This document shows positions 1 to 11,093 of a DNA stretch of 20,000 nucleotides, in pieces (positions within the stretch are counted from its first letter, which is position 1; every line of letters starts with the position of its first letter). Source of the stretch: Asterionella formosa (taxonomy: Eukaryota). The notes beneath the pieces are model-generated. The model was given only the letters and a program-made list of their open reading frames with translations, did not search any database and had not been told where the DNA came from. A program made the position numbers and the translations under genes. The stretch covers positions 56,001-76,000 of the forward strand of contig NKIB01012566.1 of the NCBI GenBank assembly GCA_002256025.1. The letters are read 5' to 3'.

Positions 1-85
1 TTTATGTAGAGAATTGATTGTTAGAAGAGGAATAGGTCCTCAAGCATCTACATTTTGCTCAAGATGGGCAAAAGTGAAAATCGAA
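1..85 (-). mobile_element. 5' remnant of a mariner-like element related to the one at 16165-17223 (transposase start region, running off the left edge)
   Basis: 41-85 matches 17179-17223 at 40/45 nt by manual alignment, all differences transitions. That segment spans the putative transposase ATG (here ATG at 53, immediately followed by TAG) and its 5' UTR. Confidence 0.55.
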
Positions 86-988
86 AGAAGAAGTACCACA
101 ACGTTTTCTTTTAAATGTTGTTGCCCATTTTAATCTTTCGATATATGTTATTATAAATGGATCTGTAGCTTAGGGCAAGCCGCACAATACTGCCATTAAG
201 CTCCTGGAGAAAATCGTAGGCATCGACATGAACCCGTTGAAATTCAAAGAATCACCGCAACTATTCTCGCCCAGACAATGCAGAAATCTTGTGCCTACTA
301 CTAGTATCATGCAGTCCACCCACGTCAAGACCAATGAACTGTAACAATAACAAAATATTCCATTACTACCATCACTGTTCTAGTAGAACTCAATCTGACT
401 GCTCTTCATGTGAAACGGACTTTGTTCCTGATAGCAGCCATCATGTATGTTGCTTCAAATGCATGATGCATTTACTGTTTCATTAATTCTATGGTACAAA
501 GAGATCTTCATTGAATGCATTAATTCATTGGCACTCTCTAAGAATATGCTATATATTTTATTTACCAACTATACCTTTTTCGTTCTTCCTCACCTGCTGC
601 CATATACACAGCTATAGTAATACTTTAAGTAACAAAAAGAAAAAGAATAAATAAATTCCAAAACTTGACAACCCCAAATTGCTGTTTCATTTAGGTTTCC
701 TGTTTGCTTGCCCCATAAAAGCTTTTGTATGTATATTTATTACAGGAATGACCGGTATTTATGGTATCATGATTACACTCGCATTCATCCTGTGTGTTCC
801 GGTATGTTTGCTTCTTTGATTATGCATACAGTGTACGGTACGCTATAAACATCGATCATATGGTAAAGCTACAATAATAACCTATTGTAGTCAACAAATA
901 ATGCGACAAGGTCGAAGCCTATTGTAATACAGTGCATTGATTCCCAACAGTGGCGAAGTTGTAGAGCAAGCAACGATTGCCATACTTG

Positions 989-3900
989 ATGCAACACAGA
1001 GGAGGAAGCCGCGTCGTCGGCGAGAAGCGTCGAGAGTCCCTTGACGACAATTTGGCGGCACTGCAGCAGCAAGATGAAATGCTGTCCGATGACGACAATG
1101 CGGCTCCTGATATCCAACCAGATTCAGAAGAAAAGGAGGACCCGCTCATTCTGGCAATGGAAGACCTGGAAGGTCGTGTAGTCAATTCGTTGGACGACGT
1201 CAAGATGCATCCAGGCGTCAGATCTTCCGATGGACCCACCGTTCACGACGAGCTTGCAACCTTACTTCGCCCCGTTATTGAAGTAGCGGCTCATACTGGT
1301 CCTTCTGTGGCTCGGACATATTATTCACCTCTAGGAGTAGCAGGAGAAGGAATTGAAGCGAGCTGTCAAGATGTTTATGAGAGACTCGTTTCAGATCTGG
1401 TTCTGCCAGTCATGCTTGAGATGGCTCAGTCGGACACAATTCCAGCGAAAAGGGTGGCTTCGCTCGAATTTTTTCATGGCTTTTGGAAAGAAATTCAGAA
1501 GGCGGGTAGTTGGTTAGATAATACGTCAACCGGTCCGTCTGCTGGACCGTATGGTTCTGGAGGTGGTGGACATTCATCGATAGTGAACACTCCTGCGATG
1601 CGTGCTCAAGAAGCGAGACGAAAGGCTAAGCGCCTTGCAAGGGAAGGCGAGATTCTGAGATATTGGGTCCAAGCTTCCATCGCATGTACGCTCCCGGGCG
1701 CATTTACTTCATCGATGGCGGAAGATAGTGTCGCATCGCGTGGTGTCATTGCTGCGTCGGCGTCGCTTCGACCCAGTCTCAGACATCTTGCTCAGCGAAT
1801 TGAGGACGCCGATGATCGTGGCGCTAATCGTGTCTATGGCCCTGTAATGAAGATGGTGGAAGGAGTTATGAAAAAATTGTTTGTGAAAGGCGCTGACACA
1901 GGCGAGTCACTAAGAAGCGCTTGTATCAAGTTCCTAGAAATAGTTGTCCTGTGTTGCTCAAGCAAGGGTCAGGAACAAGGTGACAAAAGGAAACGAGTCC
2001 ATTCGAATGTAAGTCCAGCAATCAAATATGAACTCAAATATGAATCAGAACAAGATAGACTCACTTGATTCTGCTTTGGCCCTTCCAGACAACGGAGGAC
2101 TTTGCACTCGAGGATTTGCCACCTGGTCATCCAATAATCACACGAGAAGCTCTAGAATCTATCGCTGAATACGCTTTCACTGCACTACGAGGATTTGTTC
2201 TGATGGGAGGCCAAGTAAAGATTGACGAAAATTTCATGTCACAAGAGAGCAGTGGATCACCATCTTCACAAGTTGTCTCTATCCTCAAGCCTGCGGCCCT
2301 CGCCTTCTTGGCTCTAGAATCGTCGGTTTCAATCGGAGAGCAAGAAATCGAATTTAACGTCGATCGATTGAATATCGATATGGAGTTTTCTCTTGGTCAT
2401 AAATCCTACGCTCTAACAATCAACGCTGTTTCGTTGTTGGCCGCTTATCGTCCAATGTTCTACAAAGAAGCGGCTACATGTCTGGCACGACGGGCAGTAG
2501 ATCCTCCTCCCGGAAGCGCAGTTCTGGGAAAGGCAGCATCCTTGGCGATTTCTGCGCATTTGCGGGCATCATGTCTAACTTTACTGAGAAATGCGCTCTC
2601 TGTATCAACGCATGGTCACGTTATTCTCCACAAAGCCCTTTCTAAGCTTGATATGAGCATGCAGGCTGACAAAGCGCTGAAAATGGCGACACAAACTGCT
2701 GCATTGAAAACTGCTGGTCGCGCAGCTCGTAACCGTGCAGCCATGTTTTACGAGTGGGACGATAGCGAGGATAAACGCACTAATAAGCGTCAACGAGAGA
2801 CCGATGATGCATTGGCAAAGATGCGAGCGGCAAAGGCTGCAAAAGGCTTGGGAAATGGAATTCAGCTTCCTGCGAGCATGGTGGATTGCGTTGAGCTCAT
2901 ATTGCTTAATCTTTCACACTTACCATCCAAGAGACCTAGTGGTGGGGCAGCGAAGAACCGAAAGCGTCCTATGACATTTGATTACGTTGTCGACGCTGTC
3001 ATGACGAACGGAGCCTCGTTATCCGAAGAGGATGGTCAATGGTATGAACGCGACGGGGGCAGTGCATGGACAGTGGACTTGAGCATTGATAGGAAGTATC
3101 AATTGGAGGGGAAGACCTTGTTGGCAGGTGAAATTGAACATGACAAGGACAAGGCAAGCCAGCTTGATGCGAATTCTGCCGAGAATATGCCAAAAGTTTT
3201 TCAACGACAATGCCAGACTGCCGCGTCGCAAGCCATGAGCAGAATCGTCCATACCTCAAGCCATGCTAGGGATCAAGGGATGGCCGAGTTTGGGAGCAAG
3301 ATTGCTGCACGGCTGTCGTGGACGCTTAAGTACGTGACTCCAACAAGCGACTTGAAGGACGCAAACTTGATGGCGTCCGAAAGTGTTATACAGCTTTCAA
3401 CGAAGATGGAACTACTAGAATCAGAAGGACAAGCCCTTTCTACCTTCGTCAATACGTTCCCTCTAGTGTCTGCGTGCCTCTCACTCGATGTTACGGACAC
3501 CTTTAGGGCTAAAAATGGTGGGCCCTCGTCAACGGCATCTTCCGCTCTTGTTAACAGTGTTTTGAATGAAGGATATATGGCATCATGCAAAATGGGTGTT
3601 GACAACGATCCTGCCGATACAACTTTCTACAAAGACGCACTTGATGTATTTGTAGCTTCTACTGTTCATGCGAGCTATCGAGCCAATGAGAAACCAAACG
3701 ACAATGAACGCAAACATGCAGCTGCACACGGTGCAACCACGCTTTCGCATCAGCTGTCAGTCCTTCCCGCGTTGACACCTTCGTCACTTCGTCTGCTTTG
3801 TGGACTTTGCGACACTGATGAAATTACGAGGAAGGCTTCTGAATCGTCGAGAAAGACATCGCAGCAAAGTATTGCGGCATCCGCAGCTATCCATGCTGCC

Positions 3901-5229
3901 AAGGTAGCCGCCGAAAAACGAGCAACTGCAGCTCTGATTGCTCTTCGAGATGTGGCGTTCCAGAGAACGAAGGCGAGTATCAGAAAAGTCGCTGTAGAGT
4001 GTGCCGTTGGCGTCGCTGGAGGTCGCTACCCTGCTAGTCCGAGTGTCGAGGACAAGGCACTGAAACTTGTTATTAATGTACTCTTTCCCAAATCTGACAT
4101 ACTTGCCGCAATGGTCCTTGAAGCAGCAAAAAACGAGCTCAGTAATGCGGCTCAGTATGCCATTGATAATCATGACGCAATCCGCCAAGCCAATACTGAG
4201 GCCGAAGAGGCTGGAAAGAGGAATCCCTTGGGTCCAGCCAGTGATATCGAAAAGGCCGCAATGGAGCATGTGAAGAAACCCACAGTATTATTTATGGCAT
4301 TATGTGTACGCCGACCTGACATGATTAAAACGCTAATGAGCACAAGTTGCCAGCAGAACGCTGGAGTGTTGTCGAAAGCAGTTCGAGCGAATATGCCGAA
4401 ATTGGCCAGGGCTGTCGCAACAAAGCACGGAGCGGCAACAATAGCTCTTGAGGTTGCATCAATGGCAGATCAGAATGAAATTCCAATGGTACTTGCTTTT
4501 TTGGAGAATCTCACCCTTGACAAGTCTTTGCCACCCGAAGAATTGGTTGAGGCATGTCACAAGATCCAGGAATCCAAATTGACACAGGAGGGGAAGAAGG
4601 ATCCTCGTTTTATAATTCCTGTCGTCGCCAGCATGAAGCGATTCCACTTGGTAGAGAAGCTACCAGAATTTATGGCTGCCGACGATAATATCTTTATGGC
4701 TGCATTGGTACGAATGGGAGACCGAGTTACTCGTCAGGCCTTGCTCTTCCGGGATGAACCTGACCATGAAATTCCGATCTTGACTGGGATGACACTCTGC
4801 GAGCAGTTGGTCTTTTTGCATCGGATGGATTTTATAGCTGTTGGTATTCCACAAAAGCGCTACTTGACTGCGATTCGCAATTGCTTGGAAGACGACACCG
4901 TCTTCACCGACCGTGTTGTAATGGCTGCCATGGACTACATCAGTGGTGTTTTTCTCAGTGAGAAGGTCGAGTTGCCGTTGGCATATATGCGTACCATCAT
5001 GCTGGTCTGTAGCAAGCACGAGTCCTTGCATAGCTGGATTTGTCATGTGTTACTCCCTAGATTAGTTGAGGGCGAAGTGTATCAAGATCGAAGACAGTGG
5101 GAGGGATGGATGCGATGCGCAAGGATGCTGGAAAAGCCCGGTGAAAGTGGCGTCAGTAGCCGTGATGCGATCCGGCAGCTCCCTCAAGAACAGCTCCAAA
5201 TCTATAGGGCAAAGTATCCAAATGAATAA
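989..5229 (+). CDS. SYMPK: Symplekin (cleavage/polyadenylation scaffold, Pta1 homologue); join(989..2008,2089..5229), ~1386 aa
   Basis: The C-terminus matches the Symplekin_C pattern: DPRFIIPVV...LPEF, EQLVFLHRMD, LPLAYMRTI, LLPRLVEGEVY..RQWEGWMRC, AIRQLPQEQL. The N-terminal HEAT-like region has 'CIKFLEIVVL' and 'FALEDLPPGHPII'. ORFs 977-2068 and 2065-5229 are joined in frame by an 80-bp intron. First ATG at 989. Confidence 0.9.
2009..2088 (+). other. Spliceosomal intron (80 bp, phase 0) in symplekin
   Basis: GTAAGT donor at 2009, CTCAC branch-like motif at ~2060-2064, pyrimidine tract and CCAG acceptor ending at 2088. Splicing gives the in-frame join ...VHSN|TTEDF... Confidence 0.9.
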
Positions 5230-5575
5230 GTCACTGTCTTTATTTATTCGCCGTTTACACTTTCTATTTAGGCTCGTTTTAAGACACGAAGCTATTTGAT
5301 ATTAAGTCTTGTAATCGTCTCTTACCGAAGACAAGCCACCAATATAATAACAGTCACAACAAGTGCAAAATCAGTTTCGTCTATTGTACAATAAAGAAGC
5401 TTCACACCTATCTGGTAAGTAATACAATTGGTTCAGACGATTCGTTTCGAGAAATACACATAGTCGCCAACACACAGATATGAAAGGCTGCCAAAATATT
5501 TTCTGGTTCCCAAATGGCCACTTTCGGCATCGATGAGAACGTGAATCGACAAGAAATTTGCCACCGCGTGGACAG

Positions 5576-6505
5576 TTAATTTGTATTCGAGGACAAAACA
5601 AGCTTCTCTTTGGGTGTGGGTGGCGGCTCATTGGAAAAGTAAGGATGACTCAAGGCTTCGCTTGCAGACAAACGCTTGTTGGGATCCAATATCAATAAAG
5701 ATCGCAGGAGCGAAATGGCATCTTTGGGAGCTGCAGTGAATATCTCATCAAAAGGTATTGGTGGAGTATCATCCCAAAGCAACCCTCTAGCAGGAAGCGG
5801 TAAGGCCGTATGGTCTGGCCAGTTGGTTTCGGTCGGTGTCCCAAAGACAGTAAAAATAGTTTCGAGTTGGGATAAGTCGCTATCAACTTTGGATTGCAAA
5901 AAAGGACGTCGTAGCAAGAGTTCCGCGAATATACACCCCACACTCCATATGTCGGCGGCATCTGAGTATTCGAAGGCTCCAAGGAGAAGTTCCGGTGGTT
6001 TGTACCAGAGTGTAATGGCTTGGGGACTCATGCGTGTTTTTGGTGTTCCGTACATGCGCGCTAGACCGAAATCGCCCAATTTCATTGTTCCGTCTTTTAG
6101 GAACAAGAGATTGTCAGGCTTAAGATCCCTGTGGAGAATCCAACGTTCGTGGCAAGCAGCTACTGCAATCATGAGAGTCAAGATATGCTGCTTAATATCA
6201 GCCAGCCCGAGTGGAATGGCCCTATCTTTGATTATTTTTTCGAGATCGGTGTAGGCACATTCATAGACCAAGCAGACGGCCTGGTCCGGTGTGGTAAATA
6301 CATCGACAAGTTCAATTATATTGTCATGCTTGAATTCTCTCAGCAGCTTTATTTCTCGAATGGCTGTAAAATTGACTCCTTCTTCGTCTGATTTACTTTT
6401 AATTTTCTTAATGGCCACTACTCGGCCAGTCTTCCTTTGTTCCGCCATGTGCACCACTCCAAAGGTGCCCTGGCCTAAGGCTTTGATCACTTTGTAGTTT
6501 TCCAT
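5576..6505 (-). CDS. CDK7: Cyclin-dependent kinase 7 / CDKD (CAK, TFIIH kinase), 309 aa
   Basis: GQGTFG, VAIKK, cyclin-binding helix NFTAIRE (cf. NFTALRE/NRTALRE of CDKD/CDK7), HRDLKPDN, DFG, and the C-terminal 'HPYFSNEPPPTPKEKL' typical of CDK7. Confidence 0.92.
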   Translation of the reverse strand: MENYKVIKALGQGTFGVVHMAEQRKTGRVVAIKKIKSKSDEEGVNFTAIREIKLLREFKHDNIIELVDVFTTPDQAVCLVYECAYTDLEKIIKDRAIPLGLADIKQHILTLMIAVAACHERWILHRDLKPDNLLFLKDGTMKLGDFGLARMYGTPKTRMSPQAITLWYKPPELLLGAFEYSDAADIWSVGCIFAELLLRRPFLQSKVDSDLSQLETIFTVFGTPTETNWPDHTALPLPARGLLWDDTPPIPFDEIFTAAPKDAISLLRSLLILDPNKRLSASEALSHPYFSNEPPPTPKEKLVLSSNTN

Positions 6506-7189
6506 TATCGTTTTCGTTTTATAGTGTATACCGGTGCATAACTGAACCAGGATCTGTTCATCAAAATGAGAGCACCTACCGGTAAAATAGCTAAATAGAC
6601 ATGTCAGTACAGCAGTATTCCGTAAGTAATATATTCAAATGATGCTGCTTTTATCAATAATTTGCTATCTTCGTCAAGAACTCACGGAGTACTGTATTGT
6701 TAAAAGGTCTCGTACTCTTTCCCGTCTGACGGGTTCCTCTTACGTAGGACTTACCTGTTATCCACTAATATTGTTTTCTTCTTTCTGCTGCTAGCCTTCG
6801 TGCTAGTTTTCGCTATTGACCTTACTCTGTCAATTCTCACTGTTTCTTAATTATAAGCTTAAACTAAAACTAAGTTTCAATCCCATTCATCACACTTCGA
6901 GAACCTGTTCTTCGTGTTCCCTTTTCGTTGATGTAAACCTTCTTCTGATTGATCTAAGACATCAATCTCGTTAGCAAGCTTCTTGACATGGGAACGCACC
7001 ATTTGACTCATTGGACTATAGTTGAGTCCACAGTCCTTGTGACTCATTATAGCCATTGATTGATGCAATATTCTTGACACTGTATTACAGCCCGTCATCT
7101 AATATGTATATCTGTACCGGTATGTATGTGTGATCATCTGATATCTATGTATGTATGGTTATGTTACCAGGTACTACCAGTTTAATTAC

Positions 7190-8160
7190 TCCCTGTGGCA
7201 TGTTAGTGTCCAAACCATCATCAACAAGGAATGGAGGACACAAGAAGCACATTGATGAATGTAAACATCCTGTCTGATGATTTTGTGATCAGATTACTTG
7301 AGGCAGCATTGTGCTGGGCAATTGGGGTGGGGGACAATCTATGTGGCATGCATCAGCATGTTGTATTGCTGGTGGGAACAGCTGAACAATTGGAAGAAAA
7401 TGAGGCTGGTTGTTTTCTAGGTAGATTTATTATAACTGCGAAGTTGTTAATGAAAAATTTAAGTTGGTGTCAATGTTGTCCTTCCAACAAGCTAGATGGG
7501 AGGCATGGAACCTGCAGCATGCTGCTGGTTTTCCTGATTTTTTAAGCCAACCACAACATACAGGCCCACGAGTGGCAGTTGGCAACTTGTTTGGTGTGCT
7601 GGTGGTAGAACCAATCCAGGTAAGTTATAATGATGACTTTACATAGGACATGCCTACAACACAGCAAATGCTTTCAACAATGTTGGACAAAAATCTTGGC
7701 TTGAACTTGGTGTGTGTCCATAATTAGAACTGTCTATACAATGGCCAAGGCAGACTCTATCATATGTATGATTGGTTCAGCAGGGGGGGTTGATGGTTTC
7801 ATCAGCATGCATATGTATGAAAGTTTTTCTGTGCATACATATTATACAGTGTCCTTGGAGGAAATGGCTTAGTTGGTTGAGCACATTGCCTTTGATCTTA
7901 AGTTTTCTGTGGTTCGATTCTCTCATTTTTTTTGAGAAGCAATTGTTGAGTTCGACTCCCACCCTCCTTACAGTCACACATGGTCTTGCCTGGTGTACAA
8001 GAAATAGTGGGTCCCCCCCCCTCCCTACAAGCAGCTTGTGTCGCCTTCCTAGGCAGTCAGAGGAGTTTCCCCTAATGCTGCAGCTAAGATGATCACCTTT
8101 TGCAAAAAGTGGTTGGGCACTCACCAATTCTAACAAAACTAGGGAAGCACAGGTCTTGTT
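7190..8160. other. CpG-depleted non-coding tract, probably a decayed, formerly methylated repeat/TE relic
   Basis: Only about five CpG seen by eye in ~970 bp, with abundant TG/CA, versus frequent CpG in neighbouring genes. No recognisable protein in its ORFs. Confidence 0.4.
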
Positions 8161-8164
8161 GGCA

Positions 8165-8266
8165 GGTACCAGGTACCTGGTACCACCAGGCAGGTAGCGC
8201 AATGAGCTATAAAACAATATCATTTTATACAGTGTACTCGGAGTACCAGGTACCTGGTACCTGGTA
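8165..8266. repeat. (GGTACC-W)n palindromic satellite cluster with GTACTCGGAGTAC hairpin
   Basis: GGTACC-A-GGTACC-T-GGTACC-A at 8165-8185; GTACC-A-GGTACC-T-GGTACC-T-GGTA at 8243-8266; gtactc-g-gagtac at 8234-8246. Confidence 0.9.
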
Positions 8267-8501
8267 TGGTGTGATGTGGTTTGGATGTGCCTGCTTGCTG
8301 ATGAAGTAAGAGACCCAATACATTATAGTTTATGATCTACCAGGTCAAACTAATTCAGTATACATATTACAAGGTCCTTTCCTTCTGTGATGCCTGAGCC
8401 CATCCGGCCACTTCGTGAGAGTGCCTCAATTAGCAATAGAGAATAGAATCTGGCATTAGTTCCTAGAACCCAGACAAATACAGCAACGGGTGAGTGAGCA
8501 C

Positions 8502-9362
8502 ATGAAATCTGACGTTGAGGAGGAGGACCTACCGACAGCTTCCGTCAACGACCATTGCAGTATTGACTATTTCGAAACTAAGTTTACCGAAGCGTCCACG
8601 ACTACAACTATACATATTCACGATGAATCCACCCGTATCGTTAAGGAGTCGCTCAGTCAAGCGGGCCACGATCCTCGTGATCAATCCAAAGGGGAAATTG
8701 CAGCATACAGCACCCGCCACGGAGCTCGTAACCAGAACCGGCACAAAATAATCTGCAAATGGCTTCTAGAACGCTTTCCACGTCTGCCGAAAAATTCAAT
8801 GGTTCTTGATGTTGCTGGTGGCAAGGGAGAACTATCTTCTCGTCTCGCCATGTGCCACCATCTTCGAGTTGTCATGGTCGACCCCAGACCAGCCGATATT
8901 GTCAGTGTGTATACAAAGACGGTCGTGCCGAAATTGCCCAAGAAGTGGCAGCAACAGATCCATACTCAACTGCAGGAGAATCCAAACTTTGTTGAAGCAC
9001 TTGTGAAAGAACGCTTCCAACAGTTTTGCATGTGTTTTGATGGCGGTGCAGTTGCGAACGAACCACAGTTACAGGTCGCCATTCAATCCTGTAGCATACT
9101 GATTGGCATACACGCCGATGGAGCAACCGAAGCCATTGTCGACGCTGCGCTTCAGTATGGCAAACCCTTTGTTGTTATTCCGTGTTGCGTCTTTCCAAAT
9201 TTGTTCAAGCAGAGATTTATACTCGATGAGCATGACAGAAAAGTAGAAGTACGAAGCCATCATCAATTTTGTCAATTTTTGCTGGAAAAAGATGGTAGAT
9301 TCCAAAAGGAGATATTACCATTCCAAGGTCGCAATATTGCTATTTGGTGGGATGGGGAATGA
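8502..9362 (+). CDS. Uncharacterised class I SAM-dependent methyltransferase-like protein, 286 aa
   Basis: Motif I-like VLDVAGGKGEL, VMVDPR, then GIHADGATEAIVDAALQYGKPFVVIPCCVFP. The ATG at 8502 is preferred to the GTG at 8490. Confidence 0.75.
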   Translation: MKSDVEEEDLPTASVNDHCSIDYFETKFTEASTTTTIHIHDESTRIVKESLSQAGHDPRDQSKGEIAAYSTRHGARNQNRHKIICKWLLERFPRLPKNSMVLDVAGGKGELSSRLAMCHHLRVVMVDPRPADIVSVYTKTVVPKLPKKWQQQIHTQLQENPNFVEALVKERFQQFCMCFDGGAVANEPQLQVAIQSCSILIGIHADGATEAIVDAALQYGKPFVVIPCCVFPNLFKQRFILDEHDRKVEVRSHHQFCQFLLEKDGRFQKEILPFQGRNIAIWWDGE

Positions 9363-9558
9363 AGTTGCTTATTTATTAGGTGACATCGTTCATGTTTCGC
9401 TGAATTATTACTATTTTACTTTGTCCAATATTTGGTTTATTTATGTAGTGTGCATGATAGATTTGTGAGGAATTTCGAAGGCATATTCCAAGAGCCGCGC
9501 GTAGCGCAAATAACAGGGTGCCAGCAATTATGTAGCAGCATCATTGCGTTGACGATAG

Positions 9559-10413
9559 TTACTGCCAAGCATCGCCGCCGCCGTCAGTCTCAAGAAGAGA
9601 GCGTTCTTCTTGTTCAATAGAAGCCGGGGGAGCAAAAGTTTCCTTCTTTCCAAATGCTCGGCGATTAGCGCCTTCAGCATGTTTCAAAGCATTCTTGGCA
9701 TCCATAACTGCTCGTTCGGACCATTCAGAACGGCGACGGTTGCTCCCCGTTGCCTGTATAGGAGGCAAACGTCGTGCTGCCCAATAACGAGCACTGGTGA
9801 CATCATTCAACCCCGCACAGACCATGACGATTCCACTGAGGGCACCGACATGCCAAGGCTTTTCTTCAAGGACCACCTCACATAGGTGTTTCGATTCTTC
9901 CAAGCGACCTTGCATGTAGAGCAAAGTGGCAAGTCGGTTGACCGGTTCTACCCAGTGCTTGCCATTTTCGTGAATGAGATCTCGCAGTACCTGTTCCACC
10001 TCCCCCCATTGGCGCTGGTCCATCGTCATCTCTTCCGCCTTGCGAAGTTCCCTCGACGGCGCTGGACCTCGCTCGCTGCACCAGAGTGCCCAGAGATCAT
10101 CGAGTGGTTCGTCGCTTCCACCTAAATTCTCCAATAGCTGAATTTCGACCAAACGCCGTTCCCGACCAATGGACGTCAAGGGAGGACGTTCTCGTTCTGG
10201 TAGGGGTCGCTCCTGAACTACCTTCTCAAGTCTTCGTCGAGCTTCTTCAATGTCATCGGGAGGAGGAGTAGATCCATGCCGTGGAAGCATTCCGCCTGCA
10301 CTGTATAATTTCGTACTCTTCGGTGCTTGCGACCGCAACGAATGTGAACTTGAAGGAACGAAAGCAATCGTACTTTGCGCCATTGCGACAGCGACGAGGA
10401 ATCCGAAGCGCAT
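9559..10413 (-). CDS. Plastid-targeted TPR-domain protein, 284 aa
   Basis: Signal peptide MRFGFLVAVAMAQSTIA followed by FVP (ASA-FAP-like cleavage) and a Ser-rich transit peptide. TPR-like helices WVEPVNRLATLLYMQGRLEESKHLCEVVLEEKPWHVGALSG resemble bacterial-type TPR proteins. Confidence 0.75.
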   Translation of the reverse strand: MRFGFLVAVAMAQSTIAFVPSSSHSLRSQAPKSTKLYSAGGMLPRHGSTPPPDDIEEARRRLEKVVQERPLPERERPPLTSIGRERRLVEIQLLENLGGSDEPLDDLWALWCSERGPAPSRELRKAEEMTMDQRQWGEVEQVLRDLIHENGKHWVEPVNRLATLLYMQGRLEESKHLCEVVLEEKPWHVGALSGIVMVCAGLNDVTSARYWAARRLPPIQATGSNRRRSEWSERAVMDAKNALKHAEGANRRAFGKKETFAPPASIEQEERSLLETDGGGDAWQ

Positions 10414-10996
10414 AGTTCAATGTCGATGGTCTATTTATTCTTCAAGCAAGCGTCTCTGTACTAGCTGTTTGAAATTTATTGATGCAATCAAGACCTGTTC
10501 CGAGTTTGTTCTTTGCGCTGCAGAGGACGAGTTACCAATTTCAATATATGGCCTTTCTGGCGATTTGGTTCTTTAATTTAAAATGCACTGCATTATTACC
10601 AGGTACTTGTTTCCTAGTATAATTTGGTAAATGGGTTAATCACCTAGTCATTTTCGTCCACGTTTCGATTTCTTTATACTTTTTGTAGAATCGATCGTTT
10701 TAGTGGTCCATACTCAGACGTGAACGTCACATTTACCAGTTGAACGCAAGTGCACCAATCATCAAACGCACGACAACAACAGGATGTACAGGGGTATGCT
10801 ATGGTAGGATCATAATAGAATCCTACATAATACCTTACGTAGGAATTAAGTACAGGTGATACATCATGGGAAGATACGAGGTCCAGAGCAAGTTGCGGTA
10901 ATTGCACTGAAACTAAACAATTAGCTATCTTTATCCTATATTAAATTGTTTATTTAAGCCAAATTACTGCAACTTGCAAAGGTATAGCTCGTAGAC

Positions 10997-11042
10997 TACC
11001 TGGTACCCTGACAGTACCTGGTATACCAGGAACACCAGGAAC
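10997..11042. repeat. Degenerate (GGTACC-W)/(GGAACAC) satellite cluster upstream of the proteasome subunit gene
   Basis: tacctggtacc...gtacctggtataccaggaacaccaggaac, ending ~50 bp before the ATG at 11094. Confidence 0.75.
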
Positions 11043-11093
11043 GACCCTGCACATATGTAAGAATTAAAATTTTTTTATTAAATCGAGCACACC

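Noticed and set aside
289..486. Cys/His-rich 65-aa ORF
   Set aside because: TTG start, no recognisable domain, AT-rich degenerate context.
2022..2044. TCAAATATGAA tandem duplication in the symplekin intron
   Set aside because: Ordinary short slippage duplication with no evident function.
977..2068. Separate 363-aa gene overlapping a 1054-aa gene in operon-like fashion
   Set aside because: Explained by one spliced symplekin gene with an intron at 2009-2088.
5676..6254. Long antisense ORFs inside CDK7, symplekin, RAD7 and other genes
   Set aside because: Shadow ORFs of genuine coding sequence with no recognisable motifs.
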